Notes: generated by a model from the letters alone, not told the origin. DNA of 64,000 nt from an uncultured Candidatus Saccharibacteria bacterium (GCA_964548205.1 CAZJPJ010000004.1:21577-85576), one strand, 5' to 3'; shown: positions 46,353 to 55,715, numbered from the stretch's first letter. A program made the numbers and translations.

Positions 46353-49040
46353 CTAAATATTGACTTTCGTATCCAATATACTAGCTTCTATTATAGAACC
46401 ACGTCTACCTTTCTTGATATCAAAAATAAGCTCTCCACCTTTTTCAGAAACAGTTATCGAACCACCTTTCAAGACTTTCTTCGATATGATGTAAGAAGCG
46501 ATAGGATTGAGTATCTTATTTTGGATAAGGCGCTTGAGTGGTCTTGCACCATATTGTGGGTTGTAGCCTTCGTTTGCAAGGTAAACAAGAGCGCTATCTT
46601 CTACTTTGATGCTTATTTCTTTCTCTTCCAACCTCTTAGCCACCAGCTCGATCTGGATCTTTACGATATCTGCCACCGCTTCTTTACTTAGAATATCGAA
46701 GAGGATGATATCATCGATACGATTGAGAAATTCTGGCCTAAAGTGATCCTTGAGAGCCGCAAGCACCTTGTCTTTTACTGCCCCATAGTCTCCATCTTTC
46801 TTCTCCCCATCGGCAAATCCAATCTTTTCCATCCTATCAATGTATTGAGCACCTATGTTTGAAGTCATGATGATGATGGTATTTTTGAAGTTGACTGTCC
46901 TACCTTTCGAATCTGTCAGACGACCATTGTCTAGCACTTGGAGCAGTAAGTTGAAAACTTCCGGATGAGCTTTTTCTATTTCATCAAAAAGGACGATTGA
47001 ATACGGTCTATGACGGACCATGTCAGTAAGACTGCCACCTTCTTCATACCCTACGTATCCTGGAGGAGCCCCGATCAATTTTGATATGGCATGGCGCTCC
47101 ATGTATTCGGACATATCGATACGAAGCAAGGCCTTCTCATCGTTAAACATAAAGTCAGCCAAAGCTTTAGTAAGCTCTGTCTTACCTACTCCAGTAGGCC
47201 CAAGAAAAATGAACGAGCCAATAGGCTTGTTTGGGTCGCTTATACCAGCCCGAGAACGCTTGATAGTATCGCTGATCTTTTGGACAGCTTCGTCTTGACC
47301 AATGATTCTTGATTTGAGCTCTTCTTCCATCCTTCCGAGTTTCTCGGCTTCTTCTTCGAGCATACGAGTCACTGGTATACCAGTCCACCTAGAGACCACA
47401 CTCGCTATATCTGTTTCGGTAATTTCTTCTCTCAAAATTCTTCTGGAACTCTGAAGTTTCTTGAGCTTCTTCATACTCAGGTCGAGATTCTTCTCAAGAT
47501 TTGGAATAGTGCCATAACGTATTTCCGCCGCTTTCGATAAATCAACTACAGCCTCAGCAGACTCTGCATCAAGCCTAGCTTGCTCTAGCTTCTTCTTGGT
47601 ATCTTTTATCTCTGTCACTGTTTCCTTCTCGTTTTTCCACTTGAGATCTATCTCTCTTATTTTTTCTTGCAGATCAGCGATCTCTTGGTCGACTTGAACC
47701 AGACGGTCTTTGGCTTTGTTGTTTTTGGTCGATTCATTTTTCAAGGCCTCACGTTCTATCTCGAGCTTCACAATCTTAGAATTGGTCTCTTGCAAAACTG
47801 GAGGCATATTCTCAAGAGAGATCTTGAGCTCAGAAGCGGCTTCGTCGATAAGATCGACTGCTTTGTCCGGAAGGAACCTATCTGTGATATATCGAGTGCT
47901 TAAGTTTACCGCCGCTTTGATGGCATCATCAGTGATACGCACGCCATGATAGAGCTCATACTTTTCTTTGAGACCTCTTAAAATAGTTGTGGCGTCTTCT
48001 ACGTTTGGTTCTGAGACATAGACTGGTTGGAAGCGCCGAGTCAGAGCTGGGTCTTTCTCGATATGCTTCTGATATTCTTTGATGGTGGTAGCCCCTATGG
48101 CTCGAAGCTCGCCTCTAGCGAGAGGGGGTTTGAGCATATTGGATGCGTCGAGCGAGCCTTCTGCACTGCCAGCTCCGACGATAGTGTGTATCTCATCTAT
48201 AAAGAGGATTATTTTGCCGTTTGATTTTTCGACTTCTTTTATTATATTTTTTAGTCTTTCTTCAAATTCTCCTCTGTATTTGGTACCCGCCACAAGCAAA
48301 CCTACGTCTAAGGACACCAGCTCTTTGTCTTTTAGCGACTCCGGCACATTACCAGAAACTATCCGCATAGCCAAGCCCTCGGCAATAGCAGTCTTACCTA
48401 CACCCGCTTCTCCGATCAATATCGGGTTGTTCTTAGTGCGACGCGAAAGTATTTGGATAATTCTTGATATTTCTATGTCTCTACCAATAACTGGATCAAG
48501 CTTGTTCTCTTTGGCAAGCTTGGTAAGAGAACGAGTATACTTGACTAGAGTTTTAGCCTTGCCTTCACCGCCACTTGCACCTATACGACCTTGTTTTATC
48601 TCCTGTATTACGTACATCACTTTTTCCTTTTCGATCTTAAACTTGGCAAGCATATCTTTGGCTGGACCTGGCACATCGAGGCAAGCTATGAACAGATGCT
48701 CAGTAGAAACAAACTCATCTCCCATAGAGCTTGCCACCTTGGAAGAATGTTCAATGATGTGAGCTAGTTCGGGAGTAATGTATATCTGATAAGAAGGAGT
48801 CAGAGTGCCCCCACCTGGTTCGCCTTCTATGACTTCAAGAAGAGAATCGGTTAGTAGAATATGGTCCACTTCCAGAGTATCGAGTACCGAGATAACCATG
48901 CTCTCTTCCTGCAATATGAGAGCAGTAAGAAGGTGGAGAGGGCCTACGTGGTTACTACCACGTTCAATAACCAGTTCGTGAGACTTCCTGATGACTTCCT
49001 TAGCTTTGGTCGTAAAACGATTGAATGGAATCATAAGCAA
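46353..49040 (-). CDS. clpB: ATP-dependent chaperone ClpB (both AAA domains intact, coiled-coil M-domain)
   Basis: ILIGEAGVGKTAIAEGLA and ILFIDEIH (D1); IFLGPTGVGKTELTKALA and VLFDEIEKAH (D2); long coiled-coil between them. Confidence 0.9.
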   Translation of the reverse strand: MLMIPFNRFTTKAKEVIRKSHELVIERGSNHVGPLHLLTALILQEESMVISVLDTLEVDHILLTDSLLEVIEGEPGGGTLTPSYQIYITPELAHIIEHSSKVASSMGDEFVSTEHLFIACLDVPGPAKDMLAKFKIEKEKVMYVIQEIKQGRIGASGGEGKAKTLVKYTRSLTKLAKENKLDPVIGRDIEISRIIQILSRRTKNNPILIGEAGVGKTAIAEGLAMRIVSGNVPESLKDKELVSLDVGLLVAGTKYRGEFEERLKNIIKEVEKSNGKIILFIDEIHTIVGAGSAEGSLDASNMLKPPLARGELRAIGATTIKEYQKHIEKDPALTRRFQPVYVSEPNVEDATTILRGLKEKYELYHGVRITDDAIKAAVNLSTRYITDRFLPDKAVDLIDEAASELKISLENMPPVLQETNSKIVKLEIEREALKNESTKNNKAKDRLVQVDQEIADLQEKIREIDLKWKNEKETVTEIKDTKKKLEQARLDAESAEAVVDLSKAAEIRYGTIPNLEKNLDLSMKKLKKLQSSRRILREEITETDIASVVSRWTGIPVTRMLEEEAEKLGRMEEELKSRIIGQDEAVQKISDTIKRSRAGISDPNKPIGSFIFLGPTGVGKTELTKALADFMFNDEKALLRIDMSEYMERHAISKLIGAPPGYVGYEEGGSLTDMVRHRPYSIVLFDEIEKAHPEVFNLLLQVLDNGRLTDSKGRTVNFKNTIIIMTSNIGAQYIDRMEKIGFADGEKKDGDYGAVKDKVLAALKDHFRPEFLNRIDDIILFDILSKEAVADIVKIQIELVAKRLEEKEISIKVEDSALVYLANEGYNPQYGARPLKRLIQNKILNPIASYIISKKVLKGGSITVSEKGGELIFDIKKGRRGSIIEASILDTKVNI

Positions 49041-49057
49041 TATTATACACCAAAATC

Positions 49058-49930
49058 CTATTTATTCAAATCTGAAATAGCTCTATTTATAGAATTTTTT
49101 AGTGCGTTTATAGGAAAATAAGAAATAGCAGCACTGTTGCTGTCTTCTATCTCTATCCCGACAAGATCTGCCGAAAGATTCAGTACTGGGCTACCGGTCA
49201 TAGCTCTTGAAGATCTAATGTCTGTATCTACGGCTGTCAGTTTGTCTGCCTTCTTTACGAGTTCTGCTACTCTCCCGACTGTAACCGCATTGCTTTCTTT
49301 TCCTGAGACAGCTATAAGAGTCTGCCCAAGACGCAAAATGTCTGAATCGCCAAGCTTAGCTGGAACGAATATTCTCTTTTCTGTAAGCGGGATACCAGGC
49401 TTCATAAACACAAAACCACTCTCTTTGTCTTCGAACACCTTCGAAACACTGTACTCAGAACCGTCTGGGTATTCGATTTGATATTTCTGGTTCACTGAGT
49501 AAGTGTCTTGACCAAAAGTGACAATACCATCGCTTGAAACAATTACACCTATACTTACCACTATTTCACTGCCATCAAACCCAACTGTTTTAACCCTAGC
49601 AATAGATTTTGTATTTTTTTCTATGGATTCAAGTATCAGATCTTCTTCACTTACCACATTGGTCACTTCTTTGATCACCTCTCCAGAATTATTTTCATTT
49701 CCCCCGTCTACAGTAGCCACCTTTTCTATAGTTCTTTCTACCACCCTGTTGATAGTTTGAGTCACAGCGATAGGAGCTTCCTGGAGAAGAGTAGATGTGA
49801 TGATACCTGTAGCAATAGAAGTGACAAAGCTCACTAGTAAAGTGAGAAGAATAAGTTGTTGTTTGTTTAGATCTTCCATCCCATAATGAAATAGTTTATA
49901 TAAATATTTTACCAAAAAAACCAAAAGCAA
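49058..49930 (-). CDS. membrane-anchored trypsin-like (S1 family) protease-domain protein, divergent
   Basis: N-terminal TM; C-terminal ...DTDIRSSRAMTGSPVLNLSADLVGIEI resembles the TDAAINPGNSGGPL region of the chymotrypsin fold, but the GNSGG motif is degenerate. Confidence 0.45.
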   Translation of the reverse strand: MLLVFLVKYLYKLFHYGMEDLNKQQLILLTLLVSFVTSIATGIITSTLLQEAPIAVTQTINRVVERTIEKVATVDGGNENNSGEVIKEVTNVVSEEDLILESIEKNTKSIARVKTVGFDGSEIVVSIGVIVSSDGIVTFGQDTYSVNQKYQIEYPDGSEYSVSKVFEDKESGFVFMKPGIPLTEKRIFVPAKLGDSDILRLGQTLIAVSGKESNAVTVGRVAELVKKADKLTAVDTDIRSSRAMTGSPVLNLSADLVGIEIEDSNSAAISYFPINALKNSINRAISDLNK

Positions 49931-49935
49931 GAAAG

Positions 49936-51165
49936 CTATTTCAAAACTTTTTTGAGAGCAACTATAAGTTTGTCTATATCTGTTTTTTTTGTATCCCTAC
50001 CAAATGTAAAACGCAAAGAAGAAGTAGAGCATTCAGGCTTACCCAGAGCTTCGATAACATAAGAGCCATTTTCGAAAGAGAGGGAGTGACAAGCGCTAGC
50101 AGCAGAAACCGCAAACCCTAGCGTGTCCAGCTTGATGACTACAAACTCAGAATCAAATCCTATAAACCCATTTTCTTGAGACTCTGGCGAGGCGAAGCAG
50201 ATATTTACATTGTTTGGCAACCTTGCTTCCTTACTACCATTGAGTGAAGAGTTGGGAAAAGTAGAAAGTATTTTGTCGATACAATAATCTCTGATCTTCA
50301 TCAATCTTTCCGACTCCTTCTCTCGCATATTACTTGCCAGCCTGAACGCCTCGGCAAATCCGATTGCACCAATGACATTTTCAGTACCACTGCGCAAACC
50401 GTTTTGTTGTCCTCCACCATAAAAAATGGGGTCAACTTCTACAGAATTCCTGACCACGAGCACGCCGACACCTCGCGGCCCATACATCTTGATGCCATCA
50501 AGAATAAGTATGTCTGCCCCAAGTCGTTCTATAGATACATCTTCATAACAAGCTGACTGGCTAGCATCGACCAACAAATATGTATTGTGGGGTAAGTATT
50601 TTGTATTCTGCGATTTTATGGCAGAACAAATTTTGCGAATAGGCTGCAATGTCCCTATCTCATTGTTTGTATGCATGACACAGACAAGTACGGTATTTTC
50701 TTTTAATTCTCTTGCTACAGATTCTGGGTTTATTAGCCCCTCTTCGTCTGGGGAAACAAAACTCACCTCCACTTTACACCGCCTCAAAAGAGCCCTAATC
50801 ACCTCTATTACCGCTGGGTGTTCTATGGTAGAGCATATGATGTGAGGTAGCTTTTCGATTTTCAAATCTTTAAATCTTTCGATAGATCTCTCTACCACGC
50901 CTTGGATAGCTATATTCAGAGCTTCTGTGCCGCCACTTGTAAAATATATTTCACTCTTCTTGCAATGCAAAATCTTAGCTACTTCTATTTTTGCATTATC
51001 AAAAGCCTCTTTAGCCTTCTCGCCTTCAGCATGCAAAGATGAAGGGTTGGCCCAAGCAAAATTGTCGGCATTTTTCATAGCCTTAAGCACCCTCTTGTCT
51101 ATAGGGGTAGTGGCAGCGTGGTCAAAATAGATCCGTGCATTCCTCCCTTTGGTTACTTCTTTCAT
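49936..51165 (-). CDS. cysteine desulfurase (class V aminotransferase, NifS/IscS-like)
   Basis: PLP-fold pattern; ...SAASACHS near the C-terminus; 409 aa. Confidence 0.8.
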   Translation of the reverse strand: MKEVTKGRNARIYFDHAATTPIDKRVLKAMKNADNFAWANPSSLHAEGEKAKEAFDNAKIEVAKILHCKKSEIYFTSGGTEALNIAIQGVVERSIERFKDLKIEKLPHIICSTIEHPAVIEVIRALLRRCKVEVSFVSPDEEGLINPESVARELKENTVLVCVMHTNNEIGTLQPIRKICSAIKSQNTKYLPHNTYLLVDASQSACYEDVSIERLGADILILDGIKMYGPRGVGVLVVRNSVEVDPIFYGGGQQNGLRSGTENVIGAIGFAEAFRLASNMREKESERLMKIRDYCIDKILSTFPNSSLNGSKEARLPNNVNICFASPESQENGFIGFDSEFVVIKLDTLGFAVSAASACHSLSFENGSYVIEALGKPECSTSSLRFTFGRDTKKTDIDKLIVALKKVLK

Positions 51166-51241
51166 AAAATATTTTTACATTATTTTTTGCAAAATGACAA
51201 TAAAAGGGTTAGAATGCTCTCACTTTTTGTAATACTAGAAA

Positions 51242-52723
51242 ATGACTAACAACAATGAAAACAACACAAAGAGACCTCCGGTAGTAGTAGTGATGGGGCA
51301 CATCGATCATGGCAAATCAACACTGCTAGATTTTATACGCAAATCTAAAATAGTAGAACGTGAGGCAGGAGGAATAACCCAACACGTAGGCGCATACGAA
51401 GTGGAAGTAGGTAATGATAAGTCAAAGATAACTTTTCTCGATACTCCAGGCCACGAAGCCTTTTGTTCGATCAGAGAACATGGTTCAAAAACTGCTGATA
51501 TAGCCGTACTCGTAGTCTCTGCAGAAGATGGGGTAAAACCCCAAACCATAGAAGCCCTAAAGTGCATCACTACCGAAAACTTGCCATACATAGTAGCGAT
51601 AAACAAGATCGACAAACCAAACGCAAACGTAGAGAAGATAAAACAAGAACTTGCAGAAAAGGAAGTGTATCTAGAGGGTTGGGGCGGCCATGTACCAGTA
51701 GTGGCTATATCAGCAAAGACAGGACAAAATGTAGACGAACTTCTAGAGCTTATATTGCTCCAAGCAGAACTTTTGGAGCTAAAATCGGACTCTAGTTCAA
51801 CTGCAAGCGGTTTCGTCGTAGAGAGCAACATGGATAGCAAGACAGGTATAAGAGCAACACTAATCGTAAAAGATGGCACCCTACTAAAACAGACATTCTT
51901 AGCAACCCCGAACGCTTGGACAGTAGTACGAATGATCGAATCGAGTGAAAAGAAAATACTAGACAATGCAATAGCTTCGACCCCAATCATCATAACAGGC
52001 TGGAGCGAAGTGCCCATGGTTGGCTCTACGTTCAAAGCTTATGAAAGCAAAGATAAAGCAATAGAAGCGGCAAGCTGTATGGCCAAAGATAGCAAGGAAA
52101 CAGAGGAAGTTGCTTTGGATTTTGTTGTGACAAATCTTATAGTGCGCGCAGATACTCATGGCAGCATGGAAGCTATAAAGCATGAACTAGAAAAGCTCAA
52201 CTCTGAATTTATAGAAAAGAAGGTTATAGCACGCATCGTGGCCTCAGGTATCGGGGCAATAACAGAAAGTGATGTAAAGAACGCATCTAGCAGCAAATCT
52301 ATTGTCATAGGGTTCAATGTAAAACAAGACAAAAATGCAGCCGCTATATCTCTCAGAGACAATGTAGAAATACTAGATTTCAATATCATATACGAGCTTA
52401 CTGATGCTATAAAAAACAAAATGCAACAGATAGTACCCTCTACAGAAGAAGATATGATCATAGGCAGAGCCACTGTACTGAAAAAATTTAGCCAGACAAA
52501 AGACAAACAGGTCTTGGGCTGCAAGATAGAATCAGGAGAGGCCAAAAAGGGATCTAGCTTGAAAGTCTTGAGAAGAGACACAGAAATCGGTGTCGGCAAA
52601 ATAAAGGAGCTTCAAAGCAAGAAAGAAAAAGTGGGTAAAGTAAGTGAAGGTGAAGAATGCGGCATGCTTGTAGAATCAAAGACTGAAATACTCTTAGGTG
52701 ACACACTTACAATATTCAACTAG
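51242..52723 (+). CDS. infB: translation initiation factor IF-2 (short form lacking the N-terminal extension)
   Basis: VVVVMGHIDHGKSTLLD (G1), DTPGHEAF (G3), NKID (G4). Confidence 0.9.
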   Translation: MTNNNENNTKRPPVVVVMGHIDHGKSTLLDFIRKSKIVEREAGGITQHVGAYEVEVGNDKSKITFLDTPGHEAFCSIREHGSKTADIAVLVVSAEDGVKPQTIEALKCITTENLPYIVAINKIDKPNANVEKIKQELAEKEVYLEGWGGHVPVVAISAKTGQNVDELLELILLQAELLELKSDSSSTASGFVVESNMDSKTGIRATLIVKDGTLLKQTFLATPNAWTVVRMIESSEKKILDNAIASTPIIITGWSEVPMVGSTFKAYESKDKAIEAASCMAKDSKETEEVALDFVVTNLIVRADTHGSMEAIKHELEKLNSEFIEKKVIARIVASGIGAITESDVKNASSSKSIVIGFNVKQDKNAAAISLRDNVEILDFNIIYELTDAIKNKMQQIVPSTEEDMIIGRATVLKKFSQTKDKQVLGCKIESGEAKKGSSLKVLRRDTEIGVGKIKELQSKKEKVGKVSEGEECGMLVESKTEILLGDTLTIFN

Positions 52724-52805
52724 TGCCCGAGGTGGGGGTCGAACCCACATCCCTTTCGAGACACGATTTTAAGTCGTGCGCGTATACCGATTCCGCCACT
52801 CGGGC
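52724..52805 (-). tRNA. tRNA-Leu (anticodon TAA)
   Basis: GCCCGAGTGGCGGAATCGGTATACGCGCACGACTTAAAATCGTG...GGGTTCGACCCCCACCTCGGGCA. Confidence 0.8.
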
Positions 52806-52876
52806 ATCCGCCTACACTTCGCACAAGCGAAGCGCTGAACTTTTATAGTCGCTCCCTGCTCCTTAAAAATTCAAGG

Positions 52877-52948
52877 AGGCCTAGGGCGGAATCGAACCGC
52901 CGTATAAGGGTTTTGCAGACCCTTGCCTTACCACTTGGCGACTAGGCC
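52877..52948 (-). tRNA. tRNA-Cys (anticodon GCA)
   Basis: GGCCTAGTCGCCAAGTGGTAAGGCAAGGGTCTGCAAAACCCTTATACGGCGGTTCGATTCCGCCCTAGGCCT. Confidence 0.8.
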
Positions 52949-52980
52949 GTGTCGCAATATTAACATATTGACCTATTTTA

Positions 52981-53296
52981 GTCCGCTCAGAGGGAATCGG
53001 TCACGAGTTCCTTCGCCAAGCTCAGGACTCTCGACCCCAGCTCGCCCGTCTCGCTTTGCTCGACATGGCTCCGCTTTTCGATTCCTCACGCAAGCAAAGC
53101 AGTTTGCTTGCTTTCGCGTCCAAACCGCTTCGCAACTTGTCCGCTCAGAGGGAATCGGTCACGAGTTCCTTCGCCAAGCTCAGGACTCTCGACCCCAGCT
53201 CGCCCGTCTCGCTTTGCTCGACATGGCTCCGCTTTTCGATTCCTCACGCAAGCAAAGCAGTTTGCTTGCTTTCGCGTCCAAACCGCTTCGCAACTT
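52981..53296. repeat. two tandem 158 bp repeat units, each beginning (in plus-strand view) with a 19-nt copy of the tRNA-Lys 3' end
   Basis: Units at 52981..53138 and 53139..53296 are essentially identical. Each starts gtccgctcagagggaatcg, the 3' end of tRNA-Lys. Each contains the hairpin gcaagcaaagcagtttgcttgc. Confidence 0.75.
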
Positions 53297-53297
53297 G

Positions 53298-53370
53298 TCC
53301 GCTCAGAGGGAATCGAACCCCCGACCATCTCCTTAAGAGGGAGCTGCTCTACCAGCTGAGCTATGAGCGG
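53298..53370 (-). tRNA. tRNA-Lys (anticodon CTT); the acceptor stem begins C1:G72
   Basis: CCGCTCATAGCTCAGCTGGTAGAGCAGCTCCCTCTTAAGGAGATGGTCGGGGGTTCGATTCCCTCTGAGCGGA. Confidence 0.75.
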
Positions 53371-53415
53371 ATACTCTTTATATTTTTATCATAAAATTTC
53401 TTTGATAGAAATTTG

Positions 53416-53496
53416 TGCTGAGGAGAGGACTTGCACCTCCACGCCTTGCGGCACTAGTTCCTAAGACTAGCGTGTCTTCTATTTCACCACCTCAGC
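53416..53496 (-). tRNA. tRNA-Leu (anticodon TAG), class II; atypical D-loop (no GG) and a T-loop TGCAAGT (G55)
   Basis: GCTGAGGTGGTGAAATAGAAGACACGCTAGTCTTAGGAACTAGTGCCGCAAGGCGTGGAGGTGCAAGTCCTCTCCTCAGCA. Confidence 0.55.
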
Positions 53497-53936
53497 AATC
53501 AATACTTCTAAAACTCTTCAAAACAACTTTCTCCTTCCTTTTGATGTAAGGTAAAGTATGGCTATTATACACTGATTTTATTATTTTTAAAGTATCAGAT
53601 TTACAAAATTGTAGGGCAGACACACTTTGTAATTTATGCTTATAAATCGAGCCTCCTGTGCACGAAAACTTTTGTTTAATTTTCTTATGCATCCAAATTA
53701 GAAAATTTGGACTCGCTGAATACAACCGGAGTTTCAGTTGCCATTGTACACTTTTTATTTTTACTAAGACTTATAGCGTATACCATCTATTACATAATAC
53801 ACGAGAATTATTTGATAATAAACATAGTCAGCATGAAATATTGGGGAATCATTTATACCCACAAAATATACCAAAAATAAGGTCATTTTGAGATGTAAAC
53901 AACTGGTGTTTACATACTGAAATCGAGAGGTAGAAT

Positions 53937-54308
53937 GTGGATATGAGTATGAATATGGAATCAGCTTATGAGGCGGGAGAATTTGATGGGCATGCAAGTG
54001 AAGCCGTAGAAACTGAAGCACGGCAAGAATACCATGAAGGTCATTCTGAGTATGTAGTTTTTGAATCAGAGGAGAAAAAAGAAGAAGCAAAAAAACTGCT
54101 TGATGAGCACCACCAGACTGATGGCAGGCTGACTTATTTTCTTAGATACGAAGACAACGAAAACCAAAACTGCCTTCAAATAATATTTTCTAAAACATCA
54201 CAAGACCAATGGAGAGATCTAAAGGATTTTTTCAAAGAACACGGTCTCAGGATTGAAGACAAAGACATTCACACCGTGGACCCTAAAGGCAACGAGACAC
54301 ACCACTAA
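53937..54308 (+). CDS. hypothetical acidic protein (123 aa)
   Basis: GAGAGG Shine-Dalgarno site; His/Glu-rich N-terminus; followed by a 17 bp-stem terminator. Confidence 0.4.
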   Translation: MDMSMNMESAYEAGEFDGHASEAVETEARQEYHEGHSEYVVFESEEKKEEAKKLLDEHHQTDGRLTYFLRYEDNENQNCLQIIFSKTSQDQWRDLKDFFKEHGLRIEDKDIHTVDPKGNETHH

Positions 54309-54312
54309 ACAA

Positions 54313-54353
54313 GCCCACAAAAAAACACTCTTTCGGAGCGTTTTTTTGTGGGC
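54313..54353 (+). terminator. strong intrinsic terminator (17 bp stem with one mismatch)
   Basis: gcccacaaaaaaacactc-tttcg-gagcgtttttttgtgggc. Confidence 0.6.
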
Positions 54354-54444
54354 CATATTTTCATAAGCCGAATTCTGTTTTGATTGCAACAATTTATCTG
54401 GACTTAATATTACTATTAAGTTCTTGCGGCACTCCCCATGAGGT

Positions 54445-54800
54445 AATTTCGCAAAAGCTCACTATCTCACGGGGCACGGCCTTGCACAGAAGTAAGGATT
54501 TTGCCGTTTCAGCTTGGCATTGCTACCAAGACGTTCCGATCGCTTGGAACCCCTATTCTTTCGAAATCGGGCGTTTCTGTTCGCACCTCTTCCAATTTTG
54601 CCCACCGAAAGTGGTCGCAAAATTGAGAATCCGCCGAAGCTTTAGTGAAGGCGGAGACATTGTCTCAACTTTGTATTCACTTTCAGTGAACAAAACCAGA
54701 GACGGGTGTTACCCGCTACCCTGCTGCATATGAGGTGGCAAGATCTTGCGAGCTCCACCTCATATGCCTGTGTTCGGACTTTCCTCCACGTGAGATAACT
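54445..54800 (-). ncRNA. rnpB: RNase P RNA (bacterial type, reduced); antisense to track ORF 54380..54733
   Basis: The minus strand reads ...GGAGGAAAGUCCGAACACAGG... (P4 5' strand), ...CAGGGUAGCGGGUAACACCCG..., ...GAACAGAAACGCCCGAUU... (P4 3' strand-like). P1 pairing UAUCUCACGUGG/CCGUGAGAUAG spans about 54463..54797. The segment is GC-rich in an AT-rich context. Ends are approximate. Confidence 0.7.
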
Positions 54801-55041
54801 GCAAACTATCCTTCAACCGGGATTTTATATACCGTCTGCCCCAAGCAGTTTTAAGATACTTTTCTCTTTTTAGAGAATCTCTGCTACTTGAACAGGCTTC
54901 ATAATATACAAGTCTCCATGGCCCGCGGTTTTTTGTAGCAATAGACTTATTGTCGTTATGTTCTTTAAGTCTTCGCTTCAGATCAGAAGTATATCCGATA
55001 TAAAACTGCTTTGGGCCTTTGATTATGTATACGTAGTGCAT
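54760..55041 (-). CDS. GIY-YIG nuclease family protein (UPF0213/YhbQ-like), paralog 2; its 3' end overlaps the predicted 5' end of rnpB
   Basis: MHYVYIIKGPKQFYIGYTSDLKRRLKEHN. Confidence 0.65.
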   Translation of the reverse strand: MHYVYIIKGPKQFYIGYTSDLKRRLKEHNDNKSIATKNRGPWRLVYYEACSSSRDSLKREKYLKTAWGRRYIKSRLKDSLQLSHVEESPNTGI

Positions 55042-55177
55042 AATTTACAATTATCTCACGTGGCTGTTGCACGAAATATGGCCTGAAATATAGGTTATCA
55101 CACATTTCCCCAAAATTCAACATTTTGCTTGCATTTTCTATCATAATATGCTATAATAAAAGTAGGAGGTGGTCATA

Positions 55178-55579
55178 ATGAAGATCACATTATTGCTCGT
55201 TTTCACGCTGGTCGCGGTGACCAGCTCCACTTTGCTGGCCCAAGGCCGGCAGGCCGGCTCGGTGGCCATCGCCGAGCACATCAGTTCAAACCTTGTGCTC
55301 GACTCAGTGAAGTGCCTGGAGCGAGCAACAAATAACAATATTAGGGCTGGAGAGAAAAATCCGGCCGAAAAGGCATCCAAGTTTTGTCAAACCTCAGTCA
55401 ACGCTGAAGTTAAGAGGAGTACGGGGGTTGCCAACGAGGCCGCAGACGCCACAAAGGCATCGGCCCCTCGGGGAGTAGTTCTTCCCGGGGGAATAGGACT
55501 TGGTTGGGGGGGTTACTACGGGGGAGGAGGCTTCATCCTCCGCAGGCCGATCGGTCGGCGGCAGATAGTCCGGCGGTAA
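55178..55579 (+). CDS. secreted hypothetical protein with a Gly/aromatic-rich C-terminal tail (GGIGLGWGGYYGGGGFILRRPIGRRQIVRR); GC-elevated
   Basis: AGGAGGTG Shine-Dalgarno site, 6 nt, ATG; Sec signal MKITLLLVFTLVAVTSSTLLAQG. Confidence 0.5.
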   Translation: MKITLLLVFTLVAVTSSTLLAQGRQAGSVAIAEHISSNLVLDSVKCLERATNNNIRAGEKNPAEKASKFCQTSVNAEVKRSTGVANEAADATKASAPRGVVLPGGIGLGWGGYYGGGGFILRRPIGRRQIVRR

Positions 55580-55588
55580 GACCGCCAA

Positions 55589-55630
55589 TCCCGTCGAGAT
55601 GCACACAGCACCTCGACGGGATTTTTATTT
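55589..55630 (+). terminator. intrinsic terminator
   Basis: atcccgtcgag-atgcacacagcacc-tcgacgggat followed by ttttattt. Confidence 0.55.
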
Positions 55631-55639
55631 ACAAAAACC

Positions 55640-55668
55640 TTGCATTTTCCACCCTTTTGTGATATAAT
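55640..55668 (+). promoter_or_regulatory. sigma70-type promoter (TTGCAT, 17-nt spacer, TGtGATATAAT extended -10)
   Basis: ttgcat-tttccacccttttgtga-tataat. Confidence 0.5.
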
Positions 55669-55715
55669 AGAGGGTGGAAGTAGATCTTCTACAAATCTAT
55701 TTAGAGGCAACGAAA

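Noticed and set aside
52923-53394. Four overlapping track ORFs on both strands (83-137 aa) with repetitive protein sequences
   Set aside because: They lie entirely within the 2 x 158 bp tandem repeat plus tRNA-Lys; the repeated peptide strings are translation of the DNA repeat, not genes.
54380-54733. Track ORF (117 aa, plus strand) in a GC-rich stretch
   Set aside because: The opposite strand carries the RNase P RNA conserved cores (GGAGGAAAGUCCG and ACAGAAACGCCCGAUU). The ORF is an antisense artefact of a structured RNA gene.
55141-55380. 79-aa minus-strand track ORF
   Set aside because: It is antisense to the SD- and signal-peptide-supported secreted protein gene at 55178..55579.
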